Below, one piece after another: positions 19,803-31,228 of a stretch of 64,000 bases of DNA. The stretch is from an uncultured Mycoplasma sp. (GTDB taxonomy: Bacteria; Bacillota_I; Bacilli_A; RF39; UBA660), in the NCBI GenBank assembly GCA_902493595.1, contig CABUPU010000002.1, positions 73,942 to 137,941 of the forward strand, written 5' to 3'. Position numbers and translations under genes: made by a program. The first letter of the stretch is position 1; the number at the start of each line of letters is the position of its first letter. The notes beneath the pieces were generated by a model. The model was given only the letters and a program-made list of their open reading frames with translations, was not told where the DNA came from and made no database searches.

Positions 19803-20684
19803 ATGAAAAATAGTAATAGTTTTGAATTATTAATTGCACATGATAAAAAGATTGGCGAAGCATATAAAAAACTATGTATGGATTTAATAAATAATGATTT
19901 TGAACAATCCAAAGTATCTTGCAAAAATATTCTTGAACTTATTAAAATTGAAACGAGCATGCTAGATAAAATGACAAAGGAAGAACTTGAATATTATGTT
20001 GATCTTGCAGATATTATATTTACAATGGATGAAGTTGATGATGAAACATATAGAGCTAGTGAAAAGATAGTGCAAACCTATATGGCTAAATTTGAAAAAC
20101 CATTAGAATATGATTTTTCTGATGAAGAGGAAGACTTTGAAAAACTTTCGCGAATTATCCCTGATTTTGCTTTTACTCAAAAAGAACTAGATAGATATTT
20201 TCAATATAATCAAACTTATAAATATAATGCAATGTGCTATGCTAGTAAGATAATTTTAAATGACGAATTAGGTATTAAGTCAAATAATTCTAAATTTTAT
20301 GATTTATTAAGAAAAAAATGCATTCATAACTTAATTTATTATGCTTACCATAGTTATGAAGTTGAATGTTATATTTTAAGCCATAATATGCAAATGGATT
20401 ATGTACCTGAAATTTATGATGATTATTTTAATCCTCTTAATGTAGAAGAATGTAAAAAGATTATTTCTAAATGGAAAGATGCTAGTGATAATCAAAATCC
20501 TGATTGCTGTTTTACAAACTTAGAGGATACTTATAAATTAAAATGTTATTTACATAGTTTAGAAAGAACAGAACTTACAAATATATTTGATTATATTCTC
20601 CATCTTAAAGAAGAACATTCAAGCAAAATGCTAGACTACTATGAAAATATTGTATTAGAAAAAATAGATGATTTATCTAGATAA
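19803..20684 (+). CDS. hypothetical cytoplasmic protein (293 aa)
   Basis: ORF downstream of promoter copy 1. I recognise no domain. Confidence 0.5.
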   Translation: MKNSNSFELLIAHDKKIGEAYKKLCMDLINNDFEQSKVSCKNILELIKIETSMLDKMTKEELEYYVDLADIIFTMDEVDDETYRASEKIVQTYMAKFEKPLEYDFSDEEEDFEKLSRIIPDFAFTQKELDRYFQYNQTYKYNAMCYASKIILNDELGIKSNNSKFYDLLRKKCIHNLIYYAYHSYEVECYILSHNMQMDYVPEIYDDYFNPLNVEECKKIISKWKDASDNQNPDCCFTNLEDTYKLKCYLHSLERTELTNIFDYILHLKEEHSSKMLDYYENIVLEKIDDLSR

Positions 20685-20696
20685 CTTTACACTGAT

Positions 20697-20725
20697 TTGA
20701 CATTTTTGTGAAAATATGATAGAAT
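20697..20725 (+). promoter_or_regulatory. sigma70 promoter TTGACA-N17-TAGAAT with TG extended -10 (copy 2)
   Basis: ctttacactgatttgaca...aaaatatgatagaat, followed by the RBS AAGGGGGG and the ATG at 20750. Confidence 0.55.
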
Positions 20726-20749
20726 GTTGATAACTAAGGGGGGTTAGTT

Positions 20750-21253
20750 ATGAAAAATAATAAAATATTTAAGGGAGTATTAAGTATTTGTTTAGTGGCT
20801 AGTATAAGTGCTACTTCATATTGCATTAAGAAAAGTAATGAAGAGCAAAGTAATATATATGAACCAAATTATTTATATAGTGAAGAAACATTTGAAGTAA
20901 GTAAAGAATCTCGTGAAAAAATGATGACAATAGTTATGAATGAACCAAGTTATGGTTTAGAACCTGAACTTACTTATGATGATGCTTTAGAGTATTTCTG
21001 GGGTAGACCATTTCAACATTTAGAGTCAATATTAGAGAAATTTTATGAAGGTCAAAATGTACCAGTATTTAAAAATAGTGATGAGGTTTCTGGCTATTTT
21101 AAATTAAATGGAATAGATAGTTATGCATACTCCATTGAAGATGACCTTATATGGCATTTAAATGGTGATGGTGAAATAGAAAGTATTCAAAATACTCATG
21201 AAGCGGTAAGTAATTATAATAAATATTGTTTATCTTTAAATAGAAAAAGATAA
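20750..21253 (+). CDS. secreted/lipoprotein-like hypothetical protein (167 aa)
   Basis: N-terminal signal peptide MKNNKIFKGVLSICLVASISATSYC. Strong RBS AAGGGGGGTTAGTT. Confidence 0.6.
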   Translation: MKNNKIFKGVLSICLVASISATSYCIKKSNEEQSNIYEPNYLYSEETFEVSKESREKMMTIVMNEPSYGLEPELTYDDALEYFWGRPFQHLESILEKFYEGQNVPVFKNSDEVSGYFKLNGIDSYAYSIEDDLIWHLNGDGEIESIQNTHEAVSNYNKYCLSLNRKR

Positions 21254-21270
21254 TAAGGGGGGTTAGTTTA

Positions 21271-21366
21271 ATGGAAAGTTCATCTGAAAGAAAAGAGCTT
21301 TTATATATAATATTATTTTTAACATGTTTTAGTTTAATTATGGAGTTTATTAAAAACTTTATATAG
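21271..21366 (+). CDS. 31-aa hydrophobic micropeptide preceded by a duplicated RBS
   Basis: The identical 14-nt AAGGGGGGTTAGTT (as at 20733) sits 3 nt upstream of the ATG at 21271. Product MESSSERKELLYIILFLTCFSLIMEFIKNFI. A terminator follows. Confidence 0.35.
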   Translation: MESSSERKELLYIILFLTCFSLIMEFIKNFI

Positions 21367-21375
21367 TAAAAATAG

Positions 21376-21409
21376 GGCACTTGCTACTTGATTTAGTGTG
21401 CCTTTTTTT
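21376..21409 (+). terminator. rho-independent terminator
   Basis: GGCAC-17 nt loop-GTGCC followed by T7, then TATAAT at 21411-21416 for the next gene. Confidence 0.55.
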
Positions 21410-21446
21410 GTATAATAAAAATAGTTTTAAAAGAAAAGGGAAATAA

Positions 21447-22037
21447 ATGGATCATTATTTTACAAATAATCAAAATTTAAAAAGTGAAATTAGGACACTT
21501 AGTTATAATTATAAAAACATAACTATTGATTTTTTTAGTGATAACGGAGTATTTAGTAAAAATCATTTAGATTATGGAAGTAGACTTTTAATAGAAACAT
21601 TTTTAAAAAATGAATCTGATTATGAAAATATCTTAGACTTAGGTTGTGGTTATGGATTAATAGGAATATCACTTGCTAAGATAACTGGTAAAAATATAAC
21701 TATGTGTGATGTTAACAAAAGAGCATTACATTTATGTGAAAGAAATATTGCTGCAAATAAAGTTAATGCTAAAGTAATTGAAAGTAATGTGTATGAAAAT
21801 ATTTTAGATAAATATGATGTAATTATCACAAATCCACCGATAAAAGCTGGTAAAAAAGTTATATTAGAGTTTCTTATTAATGCTAAAATACATCTAAATG
21901 ATGGTGGAAGGCTTTGGTTTGTAATGCGTAAGGACCAAGGTGCTAAATCTATACAAAAACTGTTAAATGAACATTACAATGTTGAAATAAAAGAAAAAGA
22001 TAAAGGATTTTACATTTTTTGCTGTAAAATGTCTTGA
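21447..22037 (+). CDS. small-domain class I SAM-dependent methyltransferase (RsmC/YbxB-like), in the conserved position upstream of rpoB
   Basis: Motif I LDLGCGYGLIG and the NPP motif IITNPP. The ybxB-rpoB-rpoC arrangement is known from Bacillus. Confidence 0.75.
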   Translation: MDHYFTNNQNLKSEIRTLSYNYKNITIDFFSDNGVFSKNHLDYGSRLLIETFLKNESDYENILDLGCGYGLIGISLAKITGKNITMCDVNKRALHLCERNIAANKVNAKVIESNVYENILDKYDVIITNPPIKAGKKVILEFLINAKIHLNDGGRLWFVMRKDQGAKSIQKLLNEHYNVEIKEKDKGFYIFCCKMS

Positions 22038-22133
22038 CAAAATACTTTATTCTTTGCTAAAATTATTTAATGTTGACGTGTTTATTTTTAACATAAAAAT
22101 AGTCCAAAAAAAATAAGATTATGGGGTGAGATC

Positions 22134-25100
22134 GTGGCTTATAAAAAACAAAAATTCGGAGACTATCGCGAAAGAATTAATTTCGCAAAATCAAGTAACA
22201 CTCTTGAACTTGCAGACCTTTTGGAAATCCAAAAGAAAAGTTATCAAAATTTCATTGAAAATGGAATCAAAGAAGTATTTGAGGATCTTTTTCCAGTTGA
22301 AAGTTTTACTGGAAATATTTCACTTGAATTTACTGACTATTCTTTAGATGAACCAAGATATTCAATTAAGGAAGCAAAGGAAAGAATGGTTAACTATGCT
22401 GCACCACTTAAAGTGCAAGCAAGACTTTACCTTCATGAAACTGGTGAAGTAAAAGAACAAGAGATATTCTTAGGTGATTTACCACTTATGACAGATGCTG
22501 GTACATTTATCATAAATGGTGCTGAAAGAGTAATTGTATCTCAACTTGTTCGTTCTCCATCTATTTATTTCAAAAGAGAAATAGATAAAAACGGTAGAAG
22601 AATTGTTAGTGGAGAAATAATCCCTAATAAAGGTACATGGCTTGAATATGAAACAGATGCTAAAGGTGTAATCTATGTAAGAATAGATCGTACTAGAAAA
22701 GTAGCTGTTACAACATTCTTACGTGCACTTGGACTTTCCACTGATGAAGAAATCATTGAATTATTTGGTGATAATGAATTTGTAAAAAATACTTTAGAAA
22801 AAGATATTACAAATAATACTGATGAAGCACTACTTGAAATTTATGAAAAACTTCGTCCAGGAGAACCTGCAACAATTGATAGTGCTAAAAACCAATTAAT
22901 CACTAGATTCTTTGATAGATTCCGTTATGATTTAGCAAAAGTAGGAAGATACAAATTTAACAAAAAAATGTTTATTTGTGAAAGAATACTTGGATGTACT
23001 TTAGCTGAAAACATTAAATTTAATGGTGAAGAAATTGCTAAAAAAGGTGATGTTATTACTAAAGATATTCTTGAAAAATTAAAAGTTGCTTTTGCTGGTG
23101 GATTAAATTTAAAAGAAGCTACAATTAATGAAGAACTTGATGATTTTAAAATGATTCAAACTTTAAAAGTTTATGATAAGATTGATGGTAAAAAAGTTCT
23201 TACTTTAATTGGAACTGATAGTAGTGTAACTGAAAAAAGACTTACTATTCCTGATGTATATGCATCTTTATCATATTATATTGATTTACATTATAATATT
23301 GGTAATGAAGATGAAATCGATCATTTAGGAAATAGACGTGTAAGACAAGTTGGTGAGCTAGTTGAAAATCAATTTAGGGTTGGTATGGCTCGTATGGAAA
23401 GAGTTATTCGTGAAAGAATGACTACTCAAGAACTTGAAAATGTTACACCAAAAACATTGATTAATATTAGACCTGTAACTGCAGTATTAAAAGAGTTCTT
23501 TGGTTCATCACAACTTTCTAAGTTTATGGATCAAGTTAACCCAATTGCTGAACTTACAGATAAAAGAAGACTTTCTTCTCTAGGACCAGGAGGACTTTCA
23601 AGAGAAAGAGCTGGTATGGAAGTAAGAGATGTTAACTCATCTCACTATGGAAGAATATGTCCAATTGAATCACCAGAGGGACAAAATATAGGTCTTATTA
23701 CATCACTTGCTGGTTATGCTAAAGTAAATGAATATGGATTTATTACAACTCCTTACCATAAAGTAAATAATGGTGTTGTTGATAAAGATATAATTTATAT
23801 GACTGCAGATGAAGAAACTGATTATTATATTTCTCAAGCAACTGTAAAACTTGATAAAGATAATAGAATTATTGATGATGAAGTTCTTGTACGTGTTAAT
23901 GGTGATAACGTAATTGTTAAACGTGAAGAAGTTGATTATGTAGACGTTGCTCCAAGTCAAGTTGTTGCAGTAACTACAAGTTGTATTCCATTTTTGGAAT
24001 TCGATGATGCAAAAAGAACACTTATGGGTGCTAACATGCAAAGACAAGCAGTTCCACTTCTTACAAGTGAAGCTCCAATAGTTGGTACTGGTGTTGAATA
24101 TATCGCTGCATCATCATCAGGAAGTTGTGTACTTTCTAAAACTGCTGGTGTAGTTGATTATGCTGATAGTAAAAAAATTGTTATAAATAATGGTAAATCA
24201 TGTGATACTTATTATCTTTCTACATTTGAAAGAAGTAATGCATCAACATGTGTAAACCATAGACCAATTGTTAAAGCAGGCGATAAAGTTCATGCTGGAC
24301 AAGTTATTGCAGATGGTCCTTCTTGTGATAAAGGAGAACTTGCTTTAGGTAAAAATATGACAGTTGCTTTCATGACATTTGAGGGTTATAACTATGAGGA
24401 TGCCGTAATCTTAAATGAAAGACTTGTTAAAGATGATGCATATACTTCACTTCATATTTCCCATTATGATATTGAATGTCGTGATACAAAACTAGGACCT
24501 GAAGAAATTACTCGTGATATACCAAATGTTTCTGAAGATGCTCGTAAAAATCTTGATGCTGATGGTATTGTAAGAATAGGTACTGAAGTTAGAGAAGGTG
24601 ATATTCTTGTTGGTAAAGTAACTCCAAAAGGAATGCAAGAACTTACTTCTGAAGAAAAACTACTTCATGCAATCTTTGGTGAAAAAACAAGAGAAGTTAG
24701 AGATACTTCACTTAGAGTAGATCATGGTGCTGATGGTATTGTTCATGATGTACAAATTTATACAAAAGAAAACTCAGATGAACTTGCTGCTGGTGTTCAA
24801 AAAGTTATAAGAGTTTATATAGTTCAAAAGAGAAAAATTCAAGTTGGAGATAAAATGTCAGGAAGACATGGTAATAAAGGTGTTATTTCTTTAGTAGTAC
24901 CTGAGGAAGATATGCCATTTATGCCAGATGGTCGTCCAGTAGACATTATGCTTAACCCACTTGGTGTTCCATCTCGTATGAACGTTGGTCAAATTCTAGA
25001 ACTTCATTTAGGAATGGCTGGTAAGATTTTAGGTAGACATTATGCTACTCCAGTATTTGATTCTGCTACTTGGGAAGATGTATCAGAGCAAATGAAAGAT

Positions 25101-25751
25101 GCTAAGATGAGTCCTGATGGTAAGATGACTTTATATGATGGACGTACAGGTGAACCATTTGATAATAAAATTGCCGTTGGTGTTATGTATATGATTAAAC
25201 TTCACCATATGGTTGATGATAAACTTCATGCAAGAGCAACAGGACCTTATAGTGTTATTACACAACAACCATTAGGTGGTAAAGCACAATTTGGTGGACA
25301 AAGATTTGGAGAAATGGAAGTTTGGGCACTTTATGCTTATGGTGCTGCTCATGTACTTCAAGAAATTTTAACTGTTAAAGCCGATGATATTGTAGGTCGT
25401 GTTAAAGTATATGAAGCTTTAGTAAAAGGTAAACTTGTTAATCAAGCAGGTGTTCCAGAAAGCTTTAGAGTACTTGTTAAAGAATTCCAAGCATTATGCT
25501 TAGATGTACAAGTTCTTACAAATGATGATGAATTATTAGAATTTAAAGATATTGAAGAAAAAGATGATGAATCTAATGATAATTTAAGAATTGATGAGAT
25601 TGATTTATCTAATGAAGAAGAAGTACTTCCAGAACCAAGTGAACCACTTGATGAAGAGGAAGATGACTTTGATGATGAAGATGAAGAACCATCACTTGAT
25701 GATTTGGAATTTCCAGATGATTTAGATGACATGAAAGGGGAAGGTGAATAA
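22134..25751 (+). CDS. rpoB: DNA-directed RNA polymerase subunit beta, with ~70-aa acidic C-terminal tail
   Basis: GTG start with RBS GGGGTGAG. Conserved blocks throughout (e.g. [22 protein letters not shown]). The C-terminus is a D/E-rich low-complexity tail. Confidence 0.95.
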   Translation: MAYKKQKFGDYRERINFAKSSNTLELADLLEIQKKSYQNFIENGIKEVFEDLFPVESFTGNISLEFTDYSLDEPRYSIKEAKERMVNYAAPLKVQARLYLHETGEVKEQEIFLGDLPLMTDAGTFIINGAERVIVSQLVRSPSIYFKREIDKNGRRIVSGEIIPNKGTWLEYETDAKGVIYVRIDRTRKVAVTTFLRALGLSTDEEIIELFGDNEFVKNTLEKDITNNTDEALLEIYEKLRPGEPATIDSAKNQLITRFFDRFRYDLAKVGRYKFNKKMFICERILGCTLAENIKFNGEEIAKKGDVITKDILEKLKVAFAGGLNLKEATINEELDDFKMIQTLKVYDKIDGKKVLTLIGTDSSVTEKRLTIPDVYASLSYYIDLHYNIGNEDEIDHLGNRRVRQVGELVENQFRVGMARMERVIRERMTTQELENVTPKTLINIRPVTAVLKEFFGSSQLSKFMDQVNPIAELTDKRRLSSLGPGGLSRERAGMEVRDVNSSHYGRICPIESPEGQNIGLITSLAGYAKVNEYGFITTPYHKVNNGVVDKDIIYMTADEETDYYISQATVKLDKDNRIIDDEVLVRVNGDNVIVKREEVDYVDVAPSQVVAVTTSCIPFLEFDDAKRTLMGANMQRQAVPLLTSEAPIVGTGVEYIAASSSGSCVLSKTAGVVDYADSKKIVINNGKSCDTYYLSTFERSNASTCVNHRPIVKAGDKVHAGQVIADGPSCDKGELALGKNMTVAFMTFEGYNYEDAVILNERLVKDDAYTSLHISHYDIECRDTKLGPEEITRDIPNVSEDARKNLDADGIVRIGTEVREGDILVGKVTPKGMQELTSEEKLLHAIFGEKTREVRDTSLRVDHGADGIVHDVQIYTKENSDELAAGVQKVIRVYIVQKRKIQVGDKMSGRHGNKGVISLVVPEEDMPFMPDGRPVDIMLNPLGVPSRMNVGQILELHLGMAGKILGRHYATPVFDSATWEDVSEQMKDAKMSPDGKMTLYDGRTGEPFDNKIAVGVMYMIKLHHMVDDKLHARATGPYSVITQQPLGGKAQFGGQRFGEMEVWALYAYGAAHVLQEILTVKADDIVGRVKVYEALVKGKLVNQAGVPESFRVLVKEFQALCLDVQVLTNDDELLEFKDIEEKDDESNDNLRIDEIDLSNEEEVLPEPSEPLDEEEDDFDDEDEEPSLDDLEFPDDLDDMKGEGE

Positions 25752-25753
25752 TA

Positions 25754-28700
25754 ATGATAGATGTTAGTAACTTTAAAGGAATTAAAGTTTCCATAGCATC
25801 CCCTGAAAAAATTCGTTCTTGGTCTTATGGCGAAGTTAAAAAACCTGAAACTATTAACTATCGTACATTAAAACCTGAAAGAGACGGATTATTCTGTGAA
25901 AAGATTTTCGGACCTACAAAAGATTTTGAATGTAGTTGTGGAAAATACAAAAGACTTAGATATAAAAATATTATATGTGATAGATGTGGTGTAGAAGTTA
26001 CTCTTTCTAAAGTAAGAAGAGAGAGAATGGGACACATTGAACTTGCTGCACCTTGCTCTCACATCTGGTTCTTTAAAGGTGTTCCATCTAAAATGGGCCT
26101 TGTACTAGATATGTCTCCAAGAGATTTGGAAGAAGTTTTATACTTTGTAAGCTATGTAGTAATTGATCCAGGAACTGCTCCACTTGAGCATAAACAAACT
26201 ATTTCTGATAAAGAATATAGAAGTTTATATGAAAAATATGGTAATACATTTAAAGTTGGAATGGGTGCTGAAGCTATTAAGGAACTACTTAAACAAGTTG
26301 ACCTTAAAAAAGAAATTGAAAAAGTTCATGATGAACTTGAAAATACAACTGGACAAAAAAGAGTGCGTCTTGTTAAAAGACTTGATTGCTTAGATTCATT
26401 TATTGAATCTGGTAATAAACCTGAATGGATGGTACTTGATGTTATTCCAGTTATACCTCCAGAGCTTAGACCTATGCTTCAACTAGATGGTGGTAGATTT
26501 GCTACATCTGATTTAAATGATCTTTATAGAAGAATTATTAACCGTAATAATCGTCTTAAAAAATTACTTGAACTTGGAGCACCATCAATTATTGTTCAAA
26601 ATGAAAAGAGAATGCTTCAAGAGGCAGTTGATTCACTACTTGATAATGGTAGAAGAGGAAGAAGTGTAACAGCATCTTCTAATAGACCACTTAAGAGTTT
26701 ATCTTCAATGCTTAAGGGAAAACAAGGTCGTTTTAGACAAAACTTACTTGGTAAGAGAGTTGATTACTCTGGCCGTTCAGTTATCGTAGTTGGACCAAGC
26801 CTTAAAATGTATCAATGTGGTCTTCCAAAAGAAATGGCCCTTGAACTATTTAAACCACATGTTATTCATGGTTTAGTAGAAAGAGGACTTGCTCATAATA
26901 TTAAAGGAGCAAAAAAATTAATTGAAACTAGAAATGAATGTGTTTGGGATATAGTCGAAGATGTTATAACAGAACATCCAGTAATGCTTAACCGTGCACC
27001 AACCCTACATAGACTTGGTATTCAAGCATTCGAGCCAGTATTAATTGGTGGTAAAGCAATAAGACTACATCCACTTGTATGTGCTGCATTTAACGCTGAT
27101 TTCGATGGTGACCAAATGGCTGTTCACGTACCACTTTCTGAGGAAGCAAAAGCAGAAGCAAGACTTTTAATGCTTGGTGCTAACAACATTTTAAATCCAA
27201 AAGATGGAAAACCAATTGTTACACCTTCACAAGATATGGTACTTGGTAACTGTTATTTAACTATTGAAAAAGCTGGTGAAGAAGGCGAAGGTAGAGTATT
27301 TAAAGATGAAAATGAAGCATTAATGGCTTATGAAAGAAGAGAAATTACTTTACATACAAGAATTGCTATTCCTGCTAGTGCATTTAAACATAAATTATTT
27401 ACTGATGAACAACAAGGTAAATATTTAGTTACAACTGTAGGAAAACTTAAATTTAATGAAATATTCCCAGATTCATTCCCATTTATGAATGAACCTACAA
27501 AAGATAATATCGAAGGTATTACTCCAATGAAATATTTCTTAGAACCTGGAACTAATATTCCACAGGCTATAAAAGAAATGCCTTTAGTATCACCTTTTGT
27601 AAAAGGAACATTAAAATCATTAATTGCTCAAGTATTTAAAAGATATCGTACTACTGAAACTTCTATAATGCTTGATAAATTAAAAGATCAAGGATTTAAA
27701 TATTCAACTATCGCAGGTATTACAGTATCTTATGCAGATATTAAAACTACTCATAAAAAAGAAGAATTTATTGCAGAGGCAAAAGCAGCTGTAGATAAAG
27801 TTAATAAACAATTTAAACGTGGTATTATTACTAAAGAAGAAAGACATGAAGCTGTAATTGCAATTTGGTCTAAATGTACTGAAAATGTTAAAAATGAATT
27901 TAAAGAAATGAGTGCTGGTGATTTTGATAATCCAATATTCATGATGATGAATTCAGGAGCACGTGGTGAGGTTACAAACTTTACTCAACTTGCAGGTCTT
28001 AAAGGCTTAATGGCAAAACCAAATGGTGATACAGTTGAAATCCCGATTACATCATCATTTATGGAAGGACTTTCAGTTCTAGAATTCTTCTTATCAACAC
28101 ATGGTTCAAGAAAAGGTGTTGCCGATACTGCTTTAAAAACTGCTGACTCTGGTTATTTAACAAGAAGACTTGTAGATGTTGCTCAAGATATTATTGTTAA
28201 AGAACATGATTGTGGTTCAATCCATGGTGTAGTTGTTAAAGACTTACTAAATGATAAAGATGGTTCAGTTATCGAACCTCTTGAAGAAAGAATTTTAGGA
28301 AGATTTGCCGCTAAAAAGATTATTGATCCAGAAACTAAGAAAGTATTATGTGAATCTGGTGAAATGATTACTGAAGCTGTTGTTCAAAAAGTTAAAAAAG
28401 CTGGCATTAAACAAGTTGAAATTCGTTCTTCACTTACTTGTAAAACTGAAAACGGTGTTTGTCAAAAATGTTATGGTAGAAACCTTGCTACAGGTAACTT
28501 AGTTGAAACTGGTGAAGCAGTAGGTATTATGTCTGCTCAATCAATTGGTGAACCTGGTACACAGCTTACAATGAAAAACTTCCACAAAGGTGGAGTTGCT
28601 GGTGAAGATGATATTACACAAGGTCTTCCAAGAGTTGAAGAATTATTTGAGGCTAGAACGCCTAAATATAAAGCTACTATTTCTGAAATTACTGGTACTG

Positions 28701-29461
28701 TAACTAAAATTGAGGAAAACGGTGGTAAACATATTATTACAGTTGCAAACGATGCTGGTTCAAGAGAACATACAACACTTTATAATATGAAACTTAGAGT
28801 TAGTGTTGGTGATAAAGTAGAAGCAGGAGATAAACTTACTGAAGGTGTTATTGCTCCTAAAGAATTACTTGCTGTTACTGACCCACTTACTGCTCAAGAA
28901 TACATTCTAAAAGAAATTCAAAGTGTATATAAACTTCAAGGTGTTGATATTAATGATAAACATATTGAAATTATTGTTAAGAGAATGATTAATAAGATGA
29001 GAATCTTAGATCCAGGAGATACTAAATTTGTTGAGGGCTTATCTGTTTCACTTAAAACATTTAATGAAGGAAACAAACCAGTACTTCTTGCAGGTGGAGT
29101 TCCTGCTAAAGGACTTCCAATTATGCTTGGTATTACTAAATCATCTCTTGAAACTGATTCATTCTTATCAGCAGCTTCATTCCAAGAGACTACAAGAGTA
29201 CTTACAGATGCTGCTATTAAAGGTAAAGTTGACTACTTAAAAGGTTTAAAAGAAAACGTTATTATTGGTAAACTTATCCCAGCAGGTACTGGTGCTACTG
29301 AATATTCAAATATTGATATTGCTCTTGAAAAACAATTTATGGAAACTGATGCAACTGAAGCTTTAGAGGAAAACTTAATGGATGAAAAACCTGAAGTTAT
29401 TGATGAAACTAAAGTTGAAGAAGTAAATTCTGAAAAAATAAACGAAGAGGAAACAAATTAG
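25754..29461 (+). CDS. rpoC: DNA-directed RNA polymerase subunit beta'
   Basis: Zn-finger [24 protein letters not shown], and a trigger-loop region. RBS GAAGGTGA. The C-terminus is acidic. Confidence 0.95.
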   Translation: MIDVSNFKGIKVSIASPEKIRSWSYGEVKKPETINYRTLKPERDGLFCEKIFGPTKDFECSCGKYKRLRYKNIICDRCGVEVTLSKVRRERMGHIELAAPCSHIWFFKGVPSKMGLVLDMSPRDLEEVLYFVSYVVIDPGTAPLEHKQTISDKEYRSLYEKYGNTFKVGMGAEAIKELLKQVDLKKEIEKVHDELENTTGQKRVRLVKRLDCLDSFIESGNKPEWMVLDVIPVIPPELRPMLQLDGGRFATSDLNDLYRRIINRNNRLKKLLELGAPSIIVQNEKRMLQEAVDSLLDNGRRGRSVTASSNRPLKSLSSMLKGKQGRFRQNLLGKRVDYSGRSVIVVGPSLKMYQCGLPKEMALELFKPHVIHGLVERGLAHNIKGAKKLIETRNECVWDIVEDVITEHPVMLNRAPTLHRLGIQAFEPVLIGGKAIRLHPLVCAAFNADFDGDQMAVHVPLSEEAKAEARLLMLGANNILNPKDGKPIVTPSQDMVLGNCYLTIEKAGEEGEGRVFKDENEALMAYERREITLHTRIAIPASAFKHKLFTDEQQGKYLVTTVGKLKFNEIFPDSFPFMNEPTKDNIEGITPMKYFLEPGTNIPQAIKEMPLVSPFVKGTLKSLIAQVFKRYRTTETSIMLDKLKDQGFKYSTIAGITVSYADIKTTHKKEEFIAEAKAAVDKVNKQFKRGIITKEERHEAVIAIWSKCTENVKNEFKEMSAGDFDNPIFMMMNSGARGEVTNFTQLAGLKGLMAKPNGDTVEIPITSSFMEGLSVLEFFLSTHGSRKGVADTALKTADSGYLTRRLVDVAQDIIVKEHDCGSIHGVVVKDLLNDKDGSVIEPLEERILGRFAAKKIIDPETKKVLCESGEMITEAVVQKVKKAGIKQVEIRSSLTCKTENGVCQKCYGRNLATGNLVETGEAVGIMSAQSIGEPGTQLTMKNFHKGGVAGEDDITQGLPRVEELFEARTPKYKATISEITGTVTKIEENGGKHIITVANDAGSREHTTLYNMKLRVSVGDKVEAGDKLTEGVIAPKELLAVTDPLTAQEYILKEIQSVYKLQGVDINDKHIEIIVKRMINKMRILDPGDTKFVEGLSVSLKTFNEGNKPVLLAGGVPAKGLPIMLGITKSSLETDSFLSAASFQETTRVLTDAAIKGKVDYLKGLKENVIIGKLIPAGTGATEYSNIDIALEKQFMETDATEALEENLMDEKPEVIDETKVEEVNSEKINEEETN

Positions 29462-29480
29462 TTTCCTCTTTATAATTTTT
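29447..29480 (+). terminator. rho-independent terminator of rpoBC
   Basis: Perfect 8-bp stem gaggaaac-aaatta-gtttcctc followed by TTTATAATTTTT. Confidence 0.7.
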
Positions 29481-29548
29481 GCAATAAATGTTATAATATA
29501 AAATGTAAACAAAGTAAAAAATTGGAATTTGTTGAAAGGATGGTATTT

Positions 29549-30319
29549 ATGAAAAAAACAATTTTAACTATTTTAATTTGTGGGTTTATGGTTTTAGGAA
29601 TAACAGGGTGTGGAGGAAAGAAAAAGTACGAATTATCAATTCCTAAAGAAGAAAATGTTGAGAGCATTTTATTTGAAAAAAATGATAATAAAAAAGAAAT
29701 TACAGATACCGAAGAAATCAAAGATATTATTTATGTATTGAGTGGTAGTGGTAAAGGAAGAACTACAGATGAAGAAAGCATACAAGACTATCCAGTAAAT
29801 GCAGAAGATATTATAAAAATTGAATTTGATTTGAAAGATGATAAGCAATCAACATTATTTGTTTACAAGAAAAATGGGAAAATGTATATTGAAATACCTT
29901 ATAATGGAATTTATAGAATAAATGGCGATGAATATAATTCAATGGAAAAATATATTAGAAGTAATAATGAAAGTATTTTAATGACAATTAAGAACAATAC
30001 ATTAACTAATAGTGGATTAACCTTGCTTATGAAAAATAATACTGATCAAACATACTATTATGGACCACAATATTCGTTAGAAAAATACGAAAATGGCAAA
30101 TATGTTTCATTAGAGCCAAAAGAAACTTTGACTTGGAATTCTATTTTATATAATATAAAAACAAATGAAGAAAAAGAAGAAACAATTGATTGGACTTATG
30201 GATACGATAAATTAAAGAGTGGTAAATATAGATTGGTAAGGTATTTTACCTCAGAAGAAAATCTTCCATACTCATCAAATGTCGCAGAAAAAATTTATAT
30301 TGAATTTGATATAAATTAA
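29549..30319 (+). CDS. lipoprotein, unknown function (257 aa)
   Basis: Signal peptide with lipobox MKKTILTILICGFMVLGITGC. AAAGGA 8 nt upstream of the ATG at 29549. Confidence 0.65.
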   Translation: MKKTILTILICGFMVLGITGCGGKKKYELSIPKEENVESILFEKNDNKKEITDTEEIKDIIYVLSGSGKGRTTDEESIQDYPVNAEDIIKIEFDLKDDKQSTLFVYKKNGKMYIEIPYNGIYRINGDEYNSMEKYIRSNNESILMTIKNNTLTNSGLTLLMKNNTDQTYYYGPQYSLEKYENGKYVSLEPKETLTWNSILYNIKTNEEKEETIDWTYGYDKLKSGKYRLVRYFTSEENLPYSSNVAEKIYIEFDIN

Positions 30320-30341
30320 TCTCAAATTACAATTAATCGAG

Positions 30342-30370
30342 CAGATCATAAATTTATGGTCTGTTTTTTT
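30342..30370 (+). terminator. rho-independent terminator
   Basis: cagatcata-aattt-tatggtctg stem (one G.U pair) followed by T7. Confidence 0.55.
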
Positions 30371-30395
30371 ATACAATAAATTAAGTAAAGGAGGA

Positions 30396-30606
30396 ATGTT
30401 TATAAATAAAATTGGATATTTAATTAGACAAGATAGAATAAATAGAAAATTATCTTTAAAAACACAATCAAAATTATCAAATATTTTTATTTCCACCCTT
30501 AGTAGTATTGAAAATGATAAAACTAGAAATGTTAATAGAGTTTTTTTTGTATAGATTATGTAATATATTAAAAATTGATTATGAATATATGACTAGGAAA
30601 AAATAG
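30396..30606 (+). pseudogene. XRE-family HTH regulator gene interrupted by a frameshift in a T8 homopolymer
   Basis: Frame 1 reads MFINKIGYLIRQDRINRKLSLKTQSKLSNIFISTLSSIENDKTRNVNRVFFV and stops at 30552-30554. The +1 frame continues as ..LYRLCNILKIDYEYMTRKK, the typical XRE C-terminus. A single T deletion in the run at 30541-30548 restores a 70-aa HTH protein. Confidence 0.5.
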
Positions 30607-30682
30607 GTACTAATACTATACCATTTACCTATTTAAAATCATTACTATTTATAGTATAATATTAATTACCTAAGGAGGGTTT

Positions 30683-30916
30683 ATGGAATATACTGAAGAT
30701 GAGTTAAAATATTATAAAGGTATGCTTGAATATGGACTTTTAATTAGACAAGATGAAATTAATCGTTATAATAAGCAAATTTATGAATGTATGCGAAATG
30801 GTCAATTTATAATGATACCTTATATTAAAAGAAAAATTTATAATTGTGAGAGAGTCATTGATGAAATAAAAGATGCACTTTTAAATTATGAAAAAACTTA
30901 TGGAAAGGGAAGATAA
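30683..30916 (+). CDS. small hypothetical protein (77 aa)
   Basis: RBS AAGGAGGG 5 nt upstream of the ATG. Confidence 0.5.
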   Translation: MEYTEDELKYYKGMLEYGLLIRQDEINRYNKQIYECMRNGQFIMIPYIKRKIYNCERVIDEIKDALLNYEKTYGKGR

Positions 30917-30917
30917 T

Positions 30918-31175
30918 ATGAATAATTTTACTGAGGAAGATAAACAAAAAATTAATTATTTAAAAAGAAAACTTTTAGAACTTTATGGAAGATGTGATAG
31001 TTCTACAGAAGTTGCATGTAAAATAGCTATTGTACATCAATTATTTTTAAATATTTTTGAAAAAGAAGAAAAAGATACAAGATTTATTAATATGAAACTA
31101 AATTTAATTTATAATCTTGTAAGTGAATGTGAAAATGAATTAAATCTTTATGAAGATAGTAAACTAAAAATGTAA
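30918..31175 (+). CDS. small hypothetical protein (85 aa)
   Basis: ATG 2 nt after the previous stop codon, so likely coupled to the 77-aa ORF. Confidence 0.45.
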   Translation: MNNFTEEDKQKINYLKRKLLELYGRCDSSTEVACKIAIVHQLFLNIFEKEEKDTRFINMKLNLIYNLVSECENELNLYEDSKLKM

Positions 31176-31228
31176 ACTATCTTTTTTTTTTAGTCAAAAT
31201 CATATATAATATTTTATAGGTGATAATG

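Noticed and set aside
23703-24047. Antisense ORFs inside rpoB and rpoC (23703..24047, 25442..25732, 25609..25794, 27751..27942, 26163..26393, 29028..29240)
   Set aside because: They lie within highly conserved RNAP coding sequence and have low-complexity or AT-codon-driven composition. They are spurious frames.
30275-30496. Minus-strand 73-aa ORF spanning the lipoprotein terminator and the HTH gene start
   Set aside because: It crosses a terminator hairpin and overlaps a better-supported + strand HTH frame.
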